In this document: one piece after another, positions 1-12,640 of the stretch
Numbering within the stretch: position 1 is the stretch's first letter
How the letters are laid out: every line of letters begins with the position of its first letter
Assembly: GCA_964247055.1 (NCBI GenBank)
Contig: OZ176051.1
Location: 7,502,001 to 7,566,000, forward strand
DNA: 64,000 nucleotides
Source of the DNA: Paragordius varius
Lineage: Eukaryota; Animalia; Nematomorpha
Reading direction: 5' to 3'
Program-made: the position numbers and the translations under genes
Notes under the pieces: generated by a model
What the model was told of the DNA's origin: nothing
Database searches by the model: none
The model's input: only the letters and a program-made list of their open reading frames with translations

Positions 1-645
1 TATTTAAAATATGGTTTAAACAACTAGAAAATGATCATATTATTATGCAAAAAAATGCTAACAGATAAAATTATGGATTCATTTATGGTTTAAGTACTAG
101 ATTATATCCCAACATTACACATTTAGCTAAAATAAACATTTTTCATATCATACATTCAAATTTTTGGGCAAAGGAGACGATGATTTCATAAAATGACATT
201 TTGAAGCGGCAAAAAACATTTATAGATGAAGAAAAACTGTTTAAGCATTTCAGCCAAAATTAATAAGATAATTAAGTATTTTTTATCTTTATAAACTCTG
301 GAAAGGCAAATTTTTTAAAAAAACGAAGTTTTTTTTATTTTTTATAAGCTCGCAAAACCATATTCCTAAAACAGTATTGGTATAATCAGGCCAAAAATGT
401 CACGTTGGGATAAACCAATCTTTATATATTTAATTATTAAAAACTCAATCATCTCTACTAATTATCCAAAAATACTGTGCATTAATTAAAGTTTTTATTG
501 TGAAATATAATTGGCGGGTATGTATAGTATTTTAATAAAAGAAACACTGGAGGAACACTATATTTCTGAATAAAATAGATGTTAAATATAAAGGGATTTA
601 AAAATATTAAAATTATACTATATTGTAAATTAAACAATTATGTTA

Positions 646-899
646 TGCCATTTACTCAAATTCACCTTTGAACAATTCACAATTACCTTCGAACAACTCA
701 AATTTATCCTAAAATAAATTATGTGTTTTTAAGATTAAAAATTACATATATTTTTATATCAAAATGAAAATTATTTTAAAATATAAATAATACTGAAAAA
801 ATAATAAACTATATCATAAAGAATATTATATTAATGAGGAGTTATATTGTCCTGAAAACACATATTTTGTTTTTAGGTGAATTTAAATTGTAAATGGTA
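646..899. mobile_element. Tc1/mariner-like MITE (TIR TACCATTTACAATTC family) with ~21-bp subterminal tandem repeats
   Basis: Ends tgccatttac...gtaaatggta flanked by TA on both sides; internal gaacaattcaaattcacc-type repeats. The same element is at 8565-8908 and 46062-46320. Confidence 0.75.
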
Positions 900-1554
900 T
901 ATTATGCAATGTTTTGTGTAAATCAGATTTGGTTTTTTTTATTTTTATATATTTTTCTAAATTAAATATTATTTTTGCCAAAAAAAGTGGTAGTAACCGC
1001 CAAGGTTATATTTTTATAGCTGTTGCTGGAAATCAAAACTATTATAAATACTACGTTGTAGTGTAAAATCATCAGCTCTTAACCACCTATTAAAGTTATA
1101 TAAATTTCATAAAATTACTTTGACAGAATTTGTGACATGGCGAACTTTTTGATACATTGTATATCGTCGGGAAATATAAGTAATTCAGGTTAAATGTTGT
1201 ACTATACTTCTCCAGGGGATTTGTATGCTTTGACCCATTTTTAGCTAAATTTTTTATAAAAAAACAAAATTAAGTAAAGATCTTTTATTTTAATTTGTTT
1301 ATCCCTACACTAAATATTTATTTTATATGGATTATCCCGCTTTAATAAAATGGTTGTTTTAATTATTGTTTATTATTAAATATATATTATTTTTTCTTCA
1401 GAATTCTTCATGAATCATTTTTTTTATTTTGAAAAACCGTTTTTTATTTCTCAATGGCAGATGAACACCATTGTCAGGTCTTTTCAATGAAATTTTTTTA
1501 GCTATGATAGTAATTAATTAATATTCCAAATATCAAATATTTTTGGTTAAATAA

Positions 1555-1580
<26 letters not shown>
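1555..1580. repeat. (TA)n microsatellite
   Basis: Direct reading. Other (TA)n tracts lie near 2518-2540, 2670-2695, 46993-47030 and 63945-63975. Confidence 0.9.
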
Positions 1581-1586
<6 letters not shown>

Positions 1587-2764
1587 AATCCTATTTTATT
1601 TTAAAAATACCTGGTTTATTATAATGATTACCGTATTTTCTATCTAAACCATAATAAAAACATAATTTAGGACAGAATAATATATTTTCGCCTATAATTC
1701 AGAGTAAAACCGGTCTCGGCTTCAACTCAATTTTTCTTAAAAATGGTTCTTTTGAAGTATAGCTGATTCCCGTAAAGAAATATTTTATTAGTTTTGGTTT
1801 AACACTTGGATACAACACATTCATTTTAGTCCTTCGATTCAAATTGGGGTATTTGGATACCCCCAAGTCTGTTTAAATTCCATAATTTTAAAATTATGAA
1901 AAGAATATAAACCGTGGCAAAATTTTGCACTTATATAATATTAATAAACCGGAATATATAAAAACTTTTTTCAAAAATACTTAACATTAGTTATTTTAAG
2001 GTAAACCCAAAGGTAAAAATTTAGTCAACGTGACATATGTGCATTGGCTAAATTCTTGAAAATAATATAAAATAAACCACTTTTTTATTTATATCAATGT
2101 TAGATGTGTTTTAAATAAATTTACTATACCTTGAAAATTAATGAACACGATATTTTGTAAAGATTTTGGGAAATAAAAATGTCGTCCAATTAGTTTGACA
2201 TGGAACTTTTTTTTCAAAACAAAGTTATTTAGATATTTTGGCATATTTATATTTTTATTAGGATAGAAGCATAAATTTAAATTAGGACCATTTCCTTCAG
2301 TAGCTTTTTTAAAATTTTAAATTTAATTTGGTCTGGCGTATTTAGATACCCAAAATTGAATAGAAGTGTTAAATTTTGGTAAAAATTAAGATAATTAGGC
2401 TTATGAAGTTGTTTAATTGGATAAATCCTAAATTGTGAAACAAGATATTGAAAAAAATGTTAGTTACCAAAGTATCGATGGCATTTTTGATTAAATTCTT
2501 CAGCTAAAGAAAAAATTATATATATATATATATATATAATACATTCGAACATTGATAAATTTTAATTTAAAATGTTTTTAAACTTCATCTAAAAACATCT
2601 ATTTGGCGAATAGGTTGATGTATGTTTGACTGGAGATGTTATAAAAACATAAGTCACCACAAAAACCAAATATATATATATATATATATATAATATATCA
2701 TTGGATAGCTAATACCTTCAGTATAAATAATAATAATTAAATGATATATACGGTTAATTATAGC

Positions 2765-3280
2765 ATTCCATTACCTTTTGGGGTAGTTTTTTATCCCAGA
2801 GCAATCAAATGAATATCTTAAAAGTAATGAAGGTACTGAATTTAAAAATATACTTTCTTTAGTCTTTTGACGCACAAATTTTTTTTTAAAAAAATTAAAA
2901 TTGTAATAAATTCTCATCTCAAACTTTTTGCCGCTATATTTTTTTAAATATCTTTTTAGTGCCACAACAGGCAAATAAATGGATATTATGGATAGAAAAT
3001 GTAAATATTTCACTTTAAAAAGCTTTCAGGCTCATTTTACAGCAAAAACTTGATATATATTAATTTTAATGTCAGCTGTTCCGTGTTTTGGAGCTGTCCC
3101 ATTTTTGGACTCTAAAAGTCACAAAACTGTAAAAAATATAAGCCTTTTTATCTAATACATGAGATAAACGTATAATAATAAATTATATACTAACATAGTT
3201 TTCTGTTTATTTACAAACTTGAGCACTGGATATAAAACTACAAAAGGTATCTAAGACAAAAAAGTGAATTGGTGTTAAAT
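2765..3280. mobile_element. Dispersed non-autonomous DNA-transposon-like repeat (family F3), approximate ends
   Basis: Shares the motifs ttaccttttggggtagttt, ctcatctcaaactttttgccgc, gtgttttggagctgtccc and gacaaaaaagtg with at least six other copies in the window. Confidence 0.7.
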
Positions 3281-3472
3281 ATAATATTTAATGCACAATC
3301 GTAATTTTTTAATTAATTTCATTATGCTTTGTTTCCATGAAATTATAACCATAAATATACTAAATAGGATAATTTATATGTAGTAACAATAATTTTATGA
3401 CCTTTATAACTATTTTTTATAAAATCTAATTACATAATATTGTAATGGTAAATAACGGATTGGTTATGTTTT

Positions 3473-3653
3473 GTAATAACAGTTGTTAAAATCCGTAAGA
3501 TAACGATAAGGATAATTAAATAGAATTAAATGAAATTATAAATAGAAATTCGAAAGGTTTCACATATCGTTTATAGTTTCTATTTATAATTTCATTTAAT
3601 TCTATTTAATTATCCTTTATCGTTATCTTACGGATTTTAACAACTGTTATTAC
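3473..3653. repeat. Near-perfect long inverted repeat (76/77-bp arms, 28-nt loop)
   Basis: 3473-3548 is the reverse complement of 3577-3653 apart from one extra T (cgataagg vs cctttatcg). Confidence 0.95.
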
Positions 3654-3779
3654 TAATTTCATAATGTTTATCATTTCAGCTTTCCTTTTGGAGTGGTTTT
3701 AAGCTCAATTTTGAATTAACTACAGTTAGCTATTTTAGTGAATAATTATCAAATATTGTTATGCATTAAATAAAAAAGT

Positions 3780-4140
3780 TTATGTTTTTTACAGGTGTGT
3801 GACTTCTAGACTCAAAAATTGGGACAGCTCCAAAACATAATTGAAACGAACAGCTTATTTTAAAATCGCTATAAATCAAGTTTGGTATAGCCTGATTTTT
3901 CAAATCATAAAACATTTACACTTTCTAACCATACTATACATTAATTTGCCTGTTGCATTAGCGATTTGAAAAATATATAGAAAATATGGCGGTGAAAAAG
4001 TTTGAGATGAAAAAAATTGTGTAAACACCTAAAGGCTAAAGAAAGCGTATTTTTATTTTCGGCTTAATTTAAATTTAAGAATTTCAATTCGTTCGGGGGG
4101 TATAAAACTACCCCAGAAGGTGATGGAGTGTTTATAGCAA
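3780..4140. mobile_element. Family F3 repeat, opposite orientation to 2765-3280
   Basis: gggacagctccaaaacat, ggcggtgaaaaagtttgagatg and aaactaccccagaaggtga are reverse complements of the motifs in the 2765-3280 copy. Confidence 0.7.
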
Positions 4141-7100
4141 AATAAATTAGGATTTAAATTTATATTAAATGACATATGGTTATGCCTTTAATGACACCTC
4201 TTTTTGAGCACTATGATTTATAAAATTAATTTTATCAATAATTTCATTAATTTAAATCCCTAAGGTGACACCTTGTTCAGATCATGTAACTTTATTTTGT
4301 TGTAAAGAGCCCATTTGACTATAAAATCTCTTTTATAATCCCTATGTAATACACTAATTTTGTTTTTGAAAAACTTCTATATAAACTGGAATTATCAGTG
4401 CTAATATAAAAAATCTTTTTTTAAAGTCGTGCATCTAATACCGACAAATAATTCACAGCTGTTTGTCTCAAATTTAGATATACTTTATAAAAACAGAACA
4501 AAAAAACTTAAATTTATATTAAGCGCATTAAAAATATTGCCCGCATGCTGCCCGTGAGCTGCGTTTTGAGTACTATTATTATAGAATTGAATATTCCACA
4601 ATACAAATAAGATTTTACAAATCCAAAGCTTATAAATATTCGTTTATCATGTATAAATTATATTAATTTTATTAAATGACCAATGCTTGAGAGAGGCGTT
4701 AATAATAAATGAAAGGTAAAGATTTTGAGGGTTTATAAGCGCTAAAACGCGTTTTAATTTTATTACCCTGAGGAATGTGTTGGCTATTTGGTTTCGGCTA
4801 AATATAAAAAATGATAGTTTGAATTATAAAAAGAATCTTAAGGATTATTCTTTTGCATATTTTACAATATTTGGTTATTAAATTAAAACCATAATAGCAT
4901 TTTGATAAAAACTTTGATTTTAAACAATTATCCAAATTATTCACATGTGGTATTTAATATTAAGTATATTTTGTTTTAAAGATTATTTTTATAATATTTC
5001 AAATACTGTGATCAGATGTATCTTAGGATTTTCATATATTTCAATTTAGAGTATTAGACCACATAATGATAAAAGACCAAAAGTATATAACCAGATATTT
5101 GTATCCCCCGAAACACAATAATTGTTTAAATTTATACCATTGTGGGCATGTAATCATTTTTATTAATTAAACATCATGTGACTGTGTGAACATATATTAT
5201 TGCCTTAAATTATTGAAATATTTTTTGATGTGATATTGGGTTTTAATAATATGTTTTGTATAATTTTTAAAATACACTTGCGCATATCAATTTTTATTCA
5301 ATAATTTTCTCGCCAAAGTAATTTTGTTTAAATCTTAGTGACCCTATATATATTTTTAAAAATACCAAAACCATATTAGGTTATAAATTTATAATTTATA
5401 TATATATATATCAAATAAAATTTAGCTACCGCGTTTTCCTCAATTAACCTTAGAAAAGGATTCCTTTACATACCACAAAAATAAAAATATAGCTTACTAT
5501 TATAACCGCATATATTATATATATATTCGTTATACTGAAGGTTTTAGCTATCGACTGCTATCTACTATTATTTGCTTCTAAATGCTACTTAACAAGGATA
5601 ATCTACGCTTTTTAGCGCACTTGAAAAAAATTCAAATGCAAAAGTATGCCGGTCCAAATTAAAACTAATAGACAAACAAAAAAATTTCTTGCCCCAAATT
5701 TACATTATTAGCTTAAGAGAATTTTAGCTATGTGCTGATTTTAAGTTCCCTAATAAAAATTTTAGCGACACATTAACTACATACGTGGTGTTGACTTCTA
5801 AAAGGGGTTGGGTAAAATATATTAGAGGCGTCTATCTGAATAGCAAGATAAGAATATCCAGAACTTTTTAGAATCAATTACAGCTTGAATTATAAAAAGA
5901 CTATTCGGCTAATTGCGACTTACTCTTTTTTCCAGTATATTAGAATTTTTATTGTTATTAATTGATTAGGAATGGTATGTGTTAAAAGGGTCAAATTGAG
6001 AGGGACTATCAAACCTAGAACAATATCTACAAATATCGAAGAGTTATATTTAAGCGATAATAAACCCTAATTAAGAGTAAAAGAAAGGAAAGGAAAGGGA
6101 GATAGAGATAGAGAGAGTGTTAAAAAATCCCAAATCAACTGCGAAGGTCATTCAAAAATATTAAATTCGCATTTCCTTAGTCCAGTCATATATTAACAAT
6201 CGTTTTTTGAAACAATAATAATAGAATAATAAAATTAAATACCAACTTCGCAAGTACAAAGATTTGTGTACTTAGGATGGATGCAATTACACTTATTGCC
6301 CATAATAGAATAGGTAGGGGTTATTCTAATCATATATATTTATATAAATATATATACATATATTATATCAGGTCCTTTACATTTTGGGAACTGAATAGAT
6401 AGATTAAGGGTCAGCATTTGGTGTGAGAAAAAATTAGGAGGCAAACCTCTTACAAAAATATAAATAAATGCCAAAAACCAAAATCAATGATCTATATTTT
6501 AAATAATTTTATAATATTTTAGCCAAATTCATGCATATTTTGGTTTATTTATTTGATCGTAGTTATAATTTTTGTTCTAAAAGCTCATCCTTTATTTTAT
6601 CTAAAATATTGTTGGGCCTTCTAAAATAATTCATATATTTATTATATTTATATAATTTCGTTTATAATGGAATCAATCTGCCGCTACAAATCCAACTCTT
6701 TCACAAAAGAGACATTTATTTTTAGCAAATCTATGGATAATATATTTGGTATCACTTTAAGGTTTTCTGAATTAGATAATAGCTTTTTAATAACATTTGC
6801 GGACTATTTAAACGCATTTATAAAGAGATTCGAAAGATTAAAAAACTCACAAAGGTAATCGTATTAAATGTAGAAATTAGGCTTAAAATATATACCTATA
6901 TGCCTATATATATACTTTATTACATATATATTATTTATATAAATAATTTGAGTTAATGCAAAAAATGTTAAAAAATATCAAATTTTGTGAAAATTAATAC
7001 ATTCCTTAATATTTCATCTATATTGTCGATCAATAGCAGTCCTAAAATATTTCTAAACAAAATCAGGTATAATTGTAAATATTTTAAAATAATAAAACAT

Positions 7101-7514
7101 ACACTAAAATTATCGTTTATAATTTTAAAATCTAGTTTTTAAATTATGTAAATTCCTTTTTGAAATGGGCTAAGAAAGTTATTTATTATCAGTAATTGAA
7201 ACCATCAAGTTAGTATCAAATTTACTTAAGTTATAATCAATTACCGTTTATTCATAAGGCAGGTAAAACTAGACAGGTTTTGGCAGTCTACGTAAGAACA
7301 TCCAATTTTAGAGCTTTCGGCGTTCGTAAGCTAGAAATGAACGAATGTTACATTAATTTTGCATGAAACAATAAAAATTTCACCCTTTTTACAGTACCCT
7401 ATTTAAATTAAACATTTTTTCAGGGAGCAAAATTAAGAAAAAGTACGCATTATATACAATGTAATTTAATACAATTAAGCTTAAAAGCGCTTACAATAAA
7501 AGTCGAAAATAAAC

Positions 7515-7810
7515 ACCTCATGACCTTTTCACTTTTTTTGTCCGCAAATTTTGTTAATTAATAATATACGTTTTATATGTTATATTAGTGTAATTTTTTA
7601 TTAAACATAGTTATTCGGTATTTGACAAAAAGCTACACAGTTTTACAACCTCAGGTTGAAATGTGACAGCCTTAAAACACTAAAATACACGGGCTGATTA
7701 TAAAATCAATTGCTGAAATGTAACCTGAAAGCTTACTAAAGTCTATTGGCGGCGAAAAAGTTTGAGATGAGGATATTACAAATTACTTTTTTAAGCAATA
7801 GAAGCATTTT
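7515..7810. mobile_element. Family F3 repeat (partial)
   Basis: Terminal-like motif acacctcatgaccttttcactttttttgtcc plus ggcggcgaaaaagtttgagatg. Confidence 0.65.
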
Positions 7811-8564
7811 AAAGTTTATGAAAGTATGGATGGTCAATTACCTTAAATACTTTTAAGAATAATCGAATTTCAAATCGGTATAAATAAACATTTAAATTGC
7901 AAAATTGAGACAATTACGCATATATTATGTATTTTATCAAAAATTAAGCTGAAATGTGTATATTATAAAAATATAATTTTAATTTTCGGCTTTTATTGTA
8001 AGTCTTTATCGAAAAAAATTAAATTCTAATTATATTGTATATGCATTCAAGCTTAATTTTAATTAATCAAAATTATATTTAAATATAAATAATGTTTATT
8101 TAATTTTAGACAAACTTTGTTTTGCATACTATATATTCAAAAAGAAGAATGAAAAGCTTATATATTGAAAACGGAAATTTTCTTTTTATTGAAAACCATC
8201 GTGCTAAACATCGGCATTGTTACAACCGTAATCTTTTAAATGGCATTCTTATGAATTTAAAAACCATTTTTCATTATATAGACCTAAAGACAGACACGCT
8301 ATTAAATATTAATCATTACCATTACATAATCGTTGATTGAATTAAATCCGGTATTAACTCTGTCTTTAAGCCAAATTTTAATAATTTTTGTGTATGACAA
8401 TGGTGTGGTAGAGCTGATAATAAGCATGTCTCTGTTGGATTGTGTACCCATATCTAAATAACATATATAATTAGTGGGTGAAAAATAAAACTGCCCTTTG
8501 TTGTATATGCTATATAGCAATAATTAATAATCTTCTAGCAATGTTTACTTACTCATACTATATA

Positions 8565-8908
8565 TACCATTTACAATTCACATTTACCCTTAAACAATCG
8601 AATTCCCCTTCGAATAATTCAAATTCACTCTAAAAATAAATCAGGAATTTCGGTTTAATATAATTACATTAAAATTAAATATATTTTTATAGCAAAGTTT
8701 TTTTTTTCAGTTTATTTTGATTACACACAAATTTCTTTTTTAAAAAATATAAAAAAATATATGTAATATTTAATCTTAAAAAACTCATAATTTATTTTAG
8801 AATAAATTTGAATTGTTCGAAAGTGAATTTAAATTGTTCAAGGATGAATGTAAATTGTTCAAGGGTAAATTTGAATTGTTAAAGGGTGAATTTGAATTGT
8901 AAATGGTA
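8565..8908. mobile_element. Tc1/mariner-like MITE (TIR TACCATTTACAATTC family)
   Basis: taccatttacaattc...gaattgtaaatggta TIRs, TA flanks, and multiple ~21-bp subterminal repeats at both ends. Confidence 0.85.
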
Positions 8909-11499
8909 TATAATTTTACAATTTTTTTATTTTATGGCCTTTTAGCCAATTAAGATATCGATCGAAATAATCAATTTAATATCTAATATAAAGTAAAATA
9001 TTACTCATGTAGGATTTTATTGGACACGTGTTGTACTTTAAAGATTTATTTGCCAGTTGGTCACTCCATTCCTAAAGATATAAAAGTCAAATTTGGGGAA
9101 CACTTTTAAAACTGTGTTATATATTAAATGTTTTCAAAAATTAAAACCTATCCGATTTTTAGTTCTGATTCTTTTATGTAATAATTTAGAAATTTATGCA
9201 AAATATTAGATAAACTTATAATGAGTCGACCTTGATTGCTGTCATATTGCCTTAAATTCTAACAAACAACAATTATATGGTGTAAAATTAAGATTTATAA
9301 AAATATAAAATAAAGCGTTAAGCAAATTATTTATTAGCTAAAACAACTATTTTAAAGGTAGAGATGCAAATATTTTTGCTTCATTTTAAATGAGAATCTT
9401 TTATACAATGTATATGTGTACGACCATTTTTAAAATTTGAAATTTTTATTGTGTTTTTAGTTAACTTGTCGTTATTGTCACCCAAAATAAATATTTTTTG
9501 AACCTTTAAATTAATAGCATACATTGTTAAAATTAAATAATGCCTATTTTGGATTTACCCACTATGAATTCCTTATGTTATCGATAAAATATGGGGTCTT
9601 ATTGAAAAAACCAAATTCACCCAATCCGATTGTATTTTTTATATTTACTGCATTTAATTTTTAACCTAATGATAAAAGTACTAATAAACATGATAGGAAA
9701 TAATATAATATCACATTATTATGTTCGCTTATAGAGAAAGCTGTCTTACTGTTACCTATAAAATCAATTTTTTAATAGTATTCATGCATAATTACTAATT
9801 TATATATATATATATTTTGTTTTCATACTTCCATATTTTTTCAAAATATAATTTTAAACAAGATTGGTGGACCGACTAACCCAAATTGTAGAAATGTGAA
9901 TGTATAAGTGTAATTAATTTAATATGCTGTAAATTTTAAAATAATTTAAAAATTGGGTTCGTAAAAGGTTTGCAGTACATTAAAATTTAGTAATTAATTT
10001 TTGTTATTCTAAAATTAGGTTAAAAAAAGGAAATGTTATAAATACTAGGAATCGCATATTAGTTGCAACAGGATAAACTGAATTGCGAATGTCATTGATT
10101 ATGCTGACAAATTTTTCTTTATCTTTCCAGGCTATGTGGAGGATTGTTCTATTGGCTAAAATAATGTGTGAAACATATATTTCTGATCTAGATTGTTATC
10201 CTTTTATAATTGATTTTGATCTACTTTAATCATTTTTAAATTAAAAATATAGAAGTTTTGTTTTACCATTTGTCCGTTCGTGGTTTCTACAAATATGATA
10301 TAAATTATAAATATTTGTAATGATTTTATTGTAATTCAAGGGGAAAATTTTGGACCTTATTTTTCAGTTTCTCTTTTTAAGAAGAGCGGGAAAAATTAAA
10401 ACATATTGTTTTAAGTTACACAATTCCAAACATGAAATTATTTAATTAATCTTTGTCAGTTTCATTACGCTAGACAACTTAAAAGGTGAAAATTCTAAAC
10501 CGGACCATTACATTTTTGTTTAAGCAGAGATATTCTCTATTTTATCATTTAAATATTTTTAATAAATACAAAAATTTATTCTAATTAAATCGATTCTTTG
10601 ATATCATAATCCTATGCAGTTAACAGTTGAATACAAATAAATTATTTGATCAGAAATATTTTTTTGCAAAGAGACTTTATAGCCCCATGGAATACTAGTT
10701 TTTTATCTAGGATATTCTAAATTAAATAATTTTCATAGTTTTTTGAAATCAAATATTAAACTTAAGATGGAATAATGCAATTGATTATTTAAGGACATCA
10801 TTGATGCATGATACCCTAAAACTAAAATAGGTTATAAATATGACTTTCATCAAATTAATAGGCATTTGACTATATATTGAACAAAATAATCGTTTAAAAA
10901 ATGTTTTTCGGCATGCTTTTATGCAATTTATATTGAGTTTCGTGTTTATTATAATCAAATGACTCTCATTATTTTGTGACGTTTTTGAAGCCAGTTGGAA
11001 ACCATATATTTGGGAGAAAATTTCACATTGAGTTATTTTTAATTTTGCCTTTAAAAAATTTGTTGCCAAAACGAATGGATTTAAAAGGGACAAATTCAGA
11101 AAACCGTTTAGAGGTAGTTTAGAATATCTGCTGTGGTCATATGAAAATGGTCATATATAAATTAATTTGTTGACCTAGATTCGTCCGTCTTTTAATTACA
11201 ATTTTGTTTATCAGTTTACACATAAAATGTTATAAACAAATTTAGAATAAAAAACATGTTTACTTTGGGGTGCGCCTAAACTATAAAATATGGAAGAATA
11301 AAATATAAGATAAATTCATACTAATCAGTATATATGGGATATATATGGTCTTATTTATTAAGCATATACCTCTCTACATAAGACACCAAACATATACATA
11401 TATCTTATCGCATTTTTATAATGGTTAACATTTCATGACCTCTTGGGCAAGTTTAACATCCCATAGGGATTCGAATATCTTATATTAAAATATTTGGCT

Positions 11500-11915
11500 G
11501 AATTTAAACATATGCTTTCTTTAGCCTTTTAGGGGTGATTTTTTATAGAAATGTAAAATTGTTAAAACTTCATCTTGAACTTTTTCGTCGCCATTTTTTT
11601 GAAACTTTTAAAATTACTACAATATACAAATAAATATATTATGATTAAATTTAAATAATTAAAGAAAGCTTCCATATCGTTTTATCAGCAAAAACTTAAC
11701 TATAAAGTCAGCTGTTTATATCAATCGTGTTTTGGATCTGTGTCAATTTTATAATCTAAAAGTTACACTGTAAAAATAAAACTTTAACACAGGTAAACAA
11801 TGTTTAATAATTTAATTTCGATTTCAATATTTTCAAAACAGTATTATTACAAGATTTGGCTCAGGCATCTAAAACTACCTATATGTCATCTCGGACAAAA
11901 AAGTAAAAAGGTCAT
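11500..11915. mobile_element. Family F3 repeat
   Basis: ttcatcttgaactttttcgtcgcc, gtgttttggatctgtgtc and ggacaaaaaagtaaaaaggtcatg. Confidence 0.65.
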
Positions 11916-12149
11916 GTAGTATTAAATTATTGTTTATATTAGTTGGAATTATAAATTTAAAAAGCTGGTCGGCATAAACAAAACAATTTGGTTATATATT
12001 AAAATTAATATGCAACGTAAATTATTAACAATAGCAACTATAGTATTACAAGCAATTGTTATTTATTAGGTAGGATTTCACGAGCGGCATAGATTCCATT
12101 ATAGTATCCTTTATGTAAAATCCATAAAATTTTAACATCCATTACATTT

Positions 12150-12640
12150 GGGTTAAACCCAGAGACATTTGAAATTTGAATATCTTATAAAGTATTCATG
12201 GTACTAAGCCGAATATAAAAATTTACTTTCTTTATTCTTTTTGGAAAATTTTATAAAAAATTTAAATTTTAAAATTATATAAAAATCCCCATCTCAACTT
12301 TTTTGCGGCCATTTTTTTCCATAAATTTAATCGCTATTGCAACAGGCAAATAAATGTATTTTATGGTTAAAAAATGTAAATAATTAATAAACCCAAACTA
12401 TATTTTACCAGCAAAACTTGATTTATTTTGTATCAACTGTTCTTTTCATTCATGTTTTGGTGCTGTGTCTCAATTTTAGACTTTATAGAAGTCAAAATAC
12501 TGTAAAATATAAGCTTTTTTATCTTAAATGTGTTGGTAATTAAATTTAAACTAAAATAATTTTCAAAACTGTGGTTTATTTACGAAATTGAGCCTTGGTA
12601 AATAAAACTACCCCAAAAGGTAAACTAGGACAAAAAATGA
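12150..12640. mobile_element. Family F3 repeat
   Basis: ccatctcaactttttgcggcc, caacaggcaaataaatg, gttttggtgctgtgtc, aaaactaccccaaaaggtaa and ggacaaaaaatga. Confidence 0.7.
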
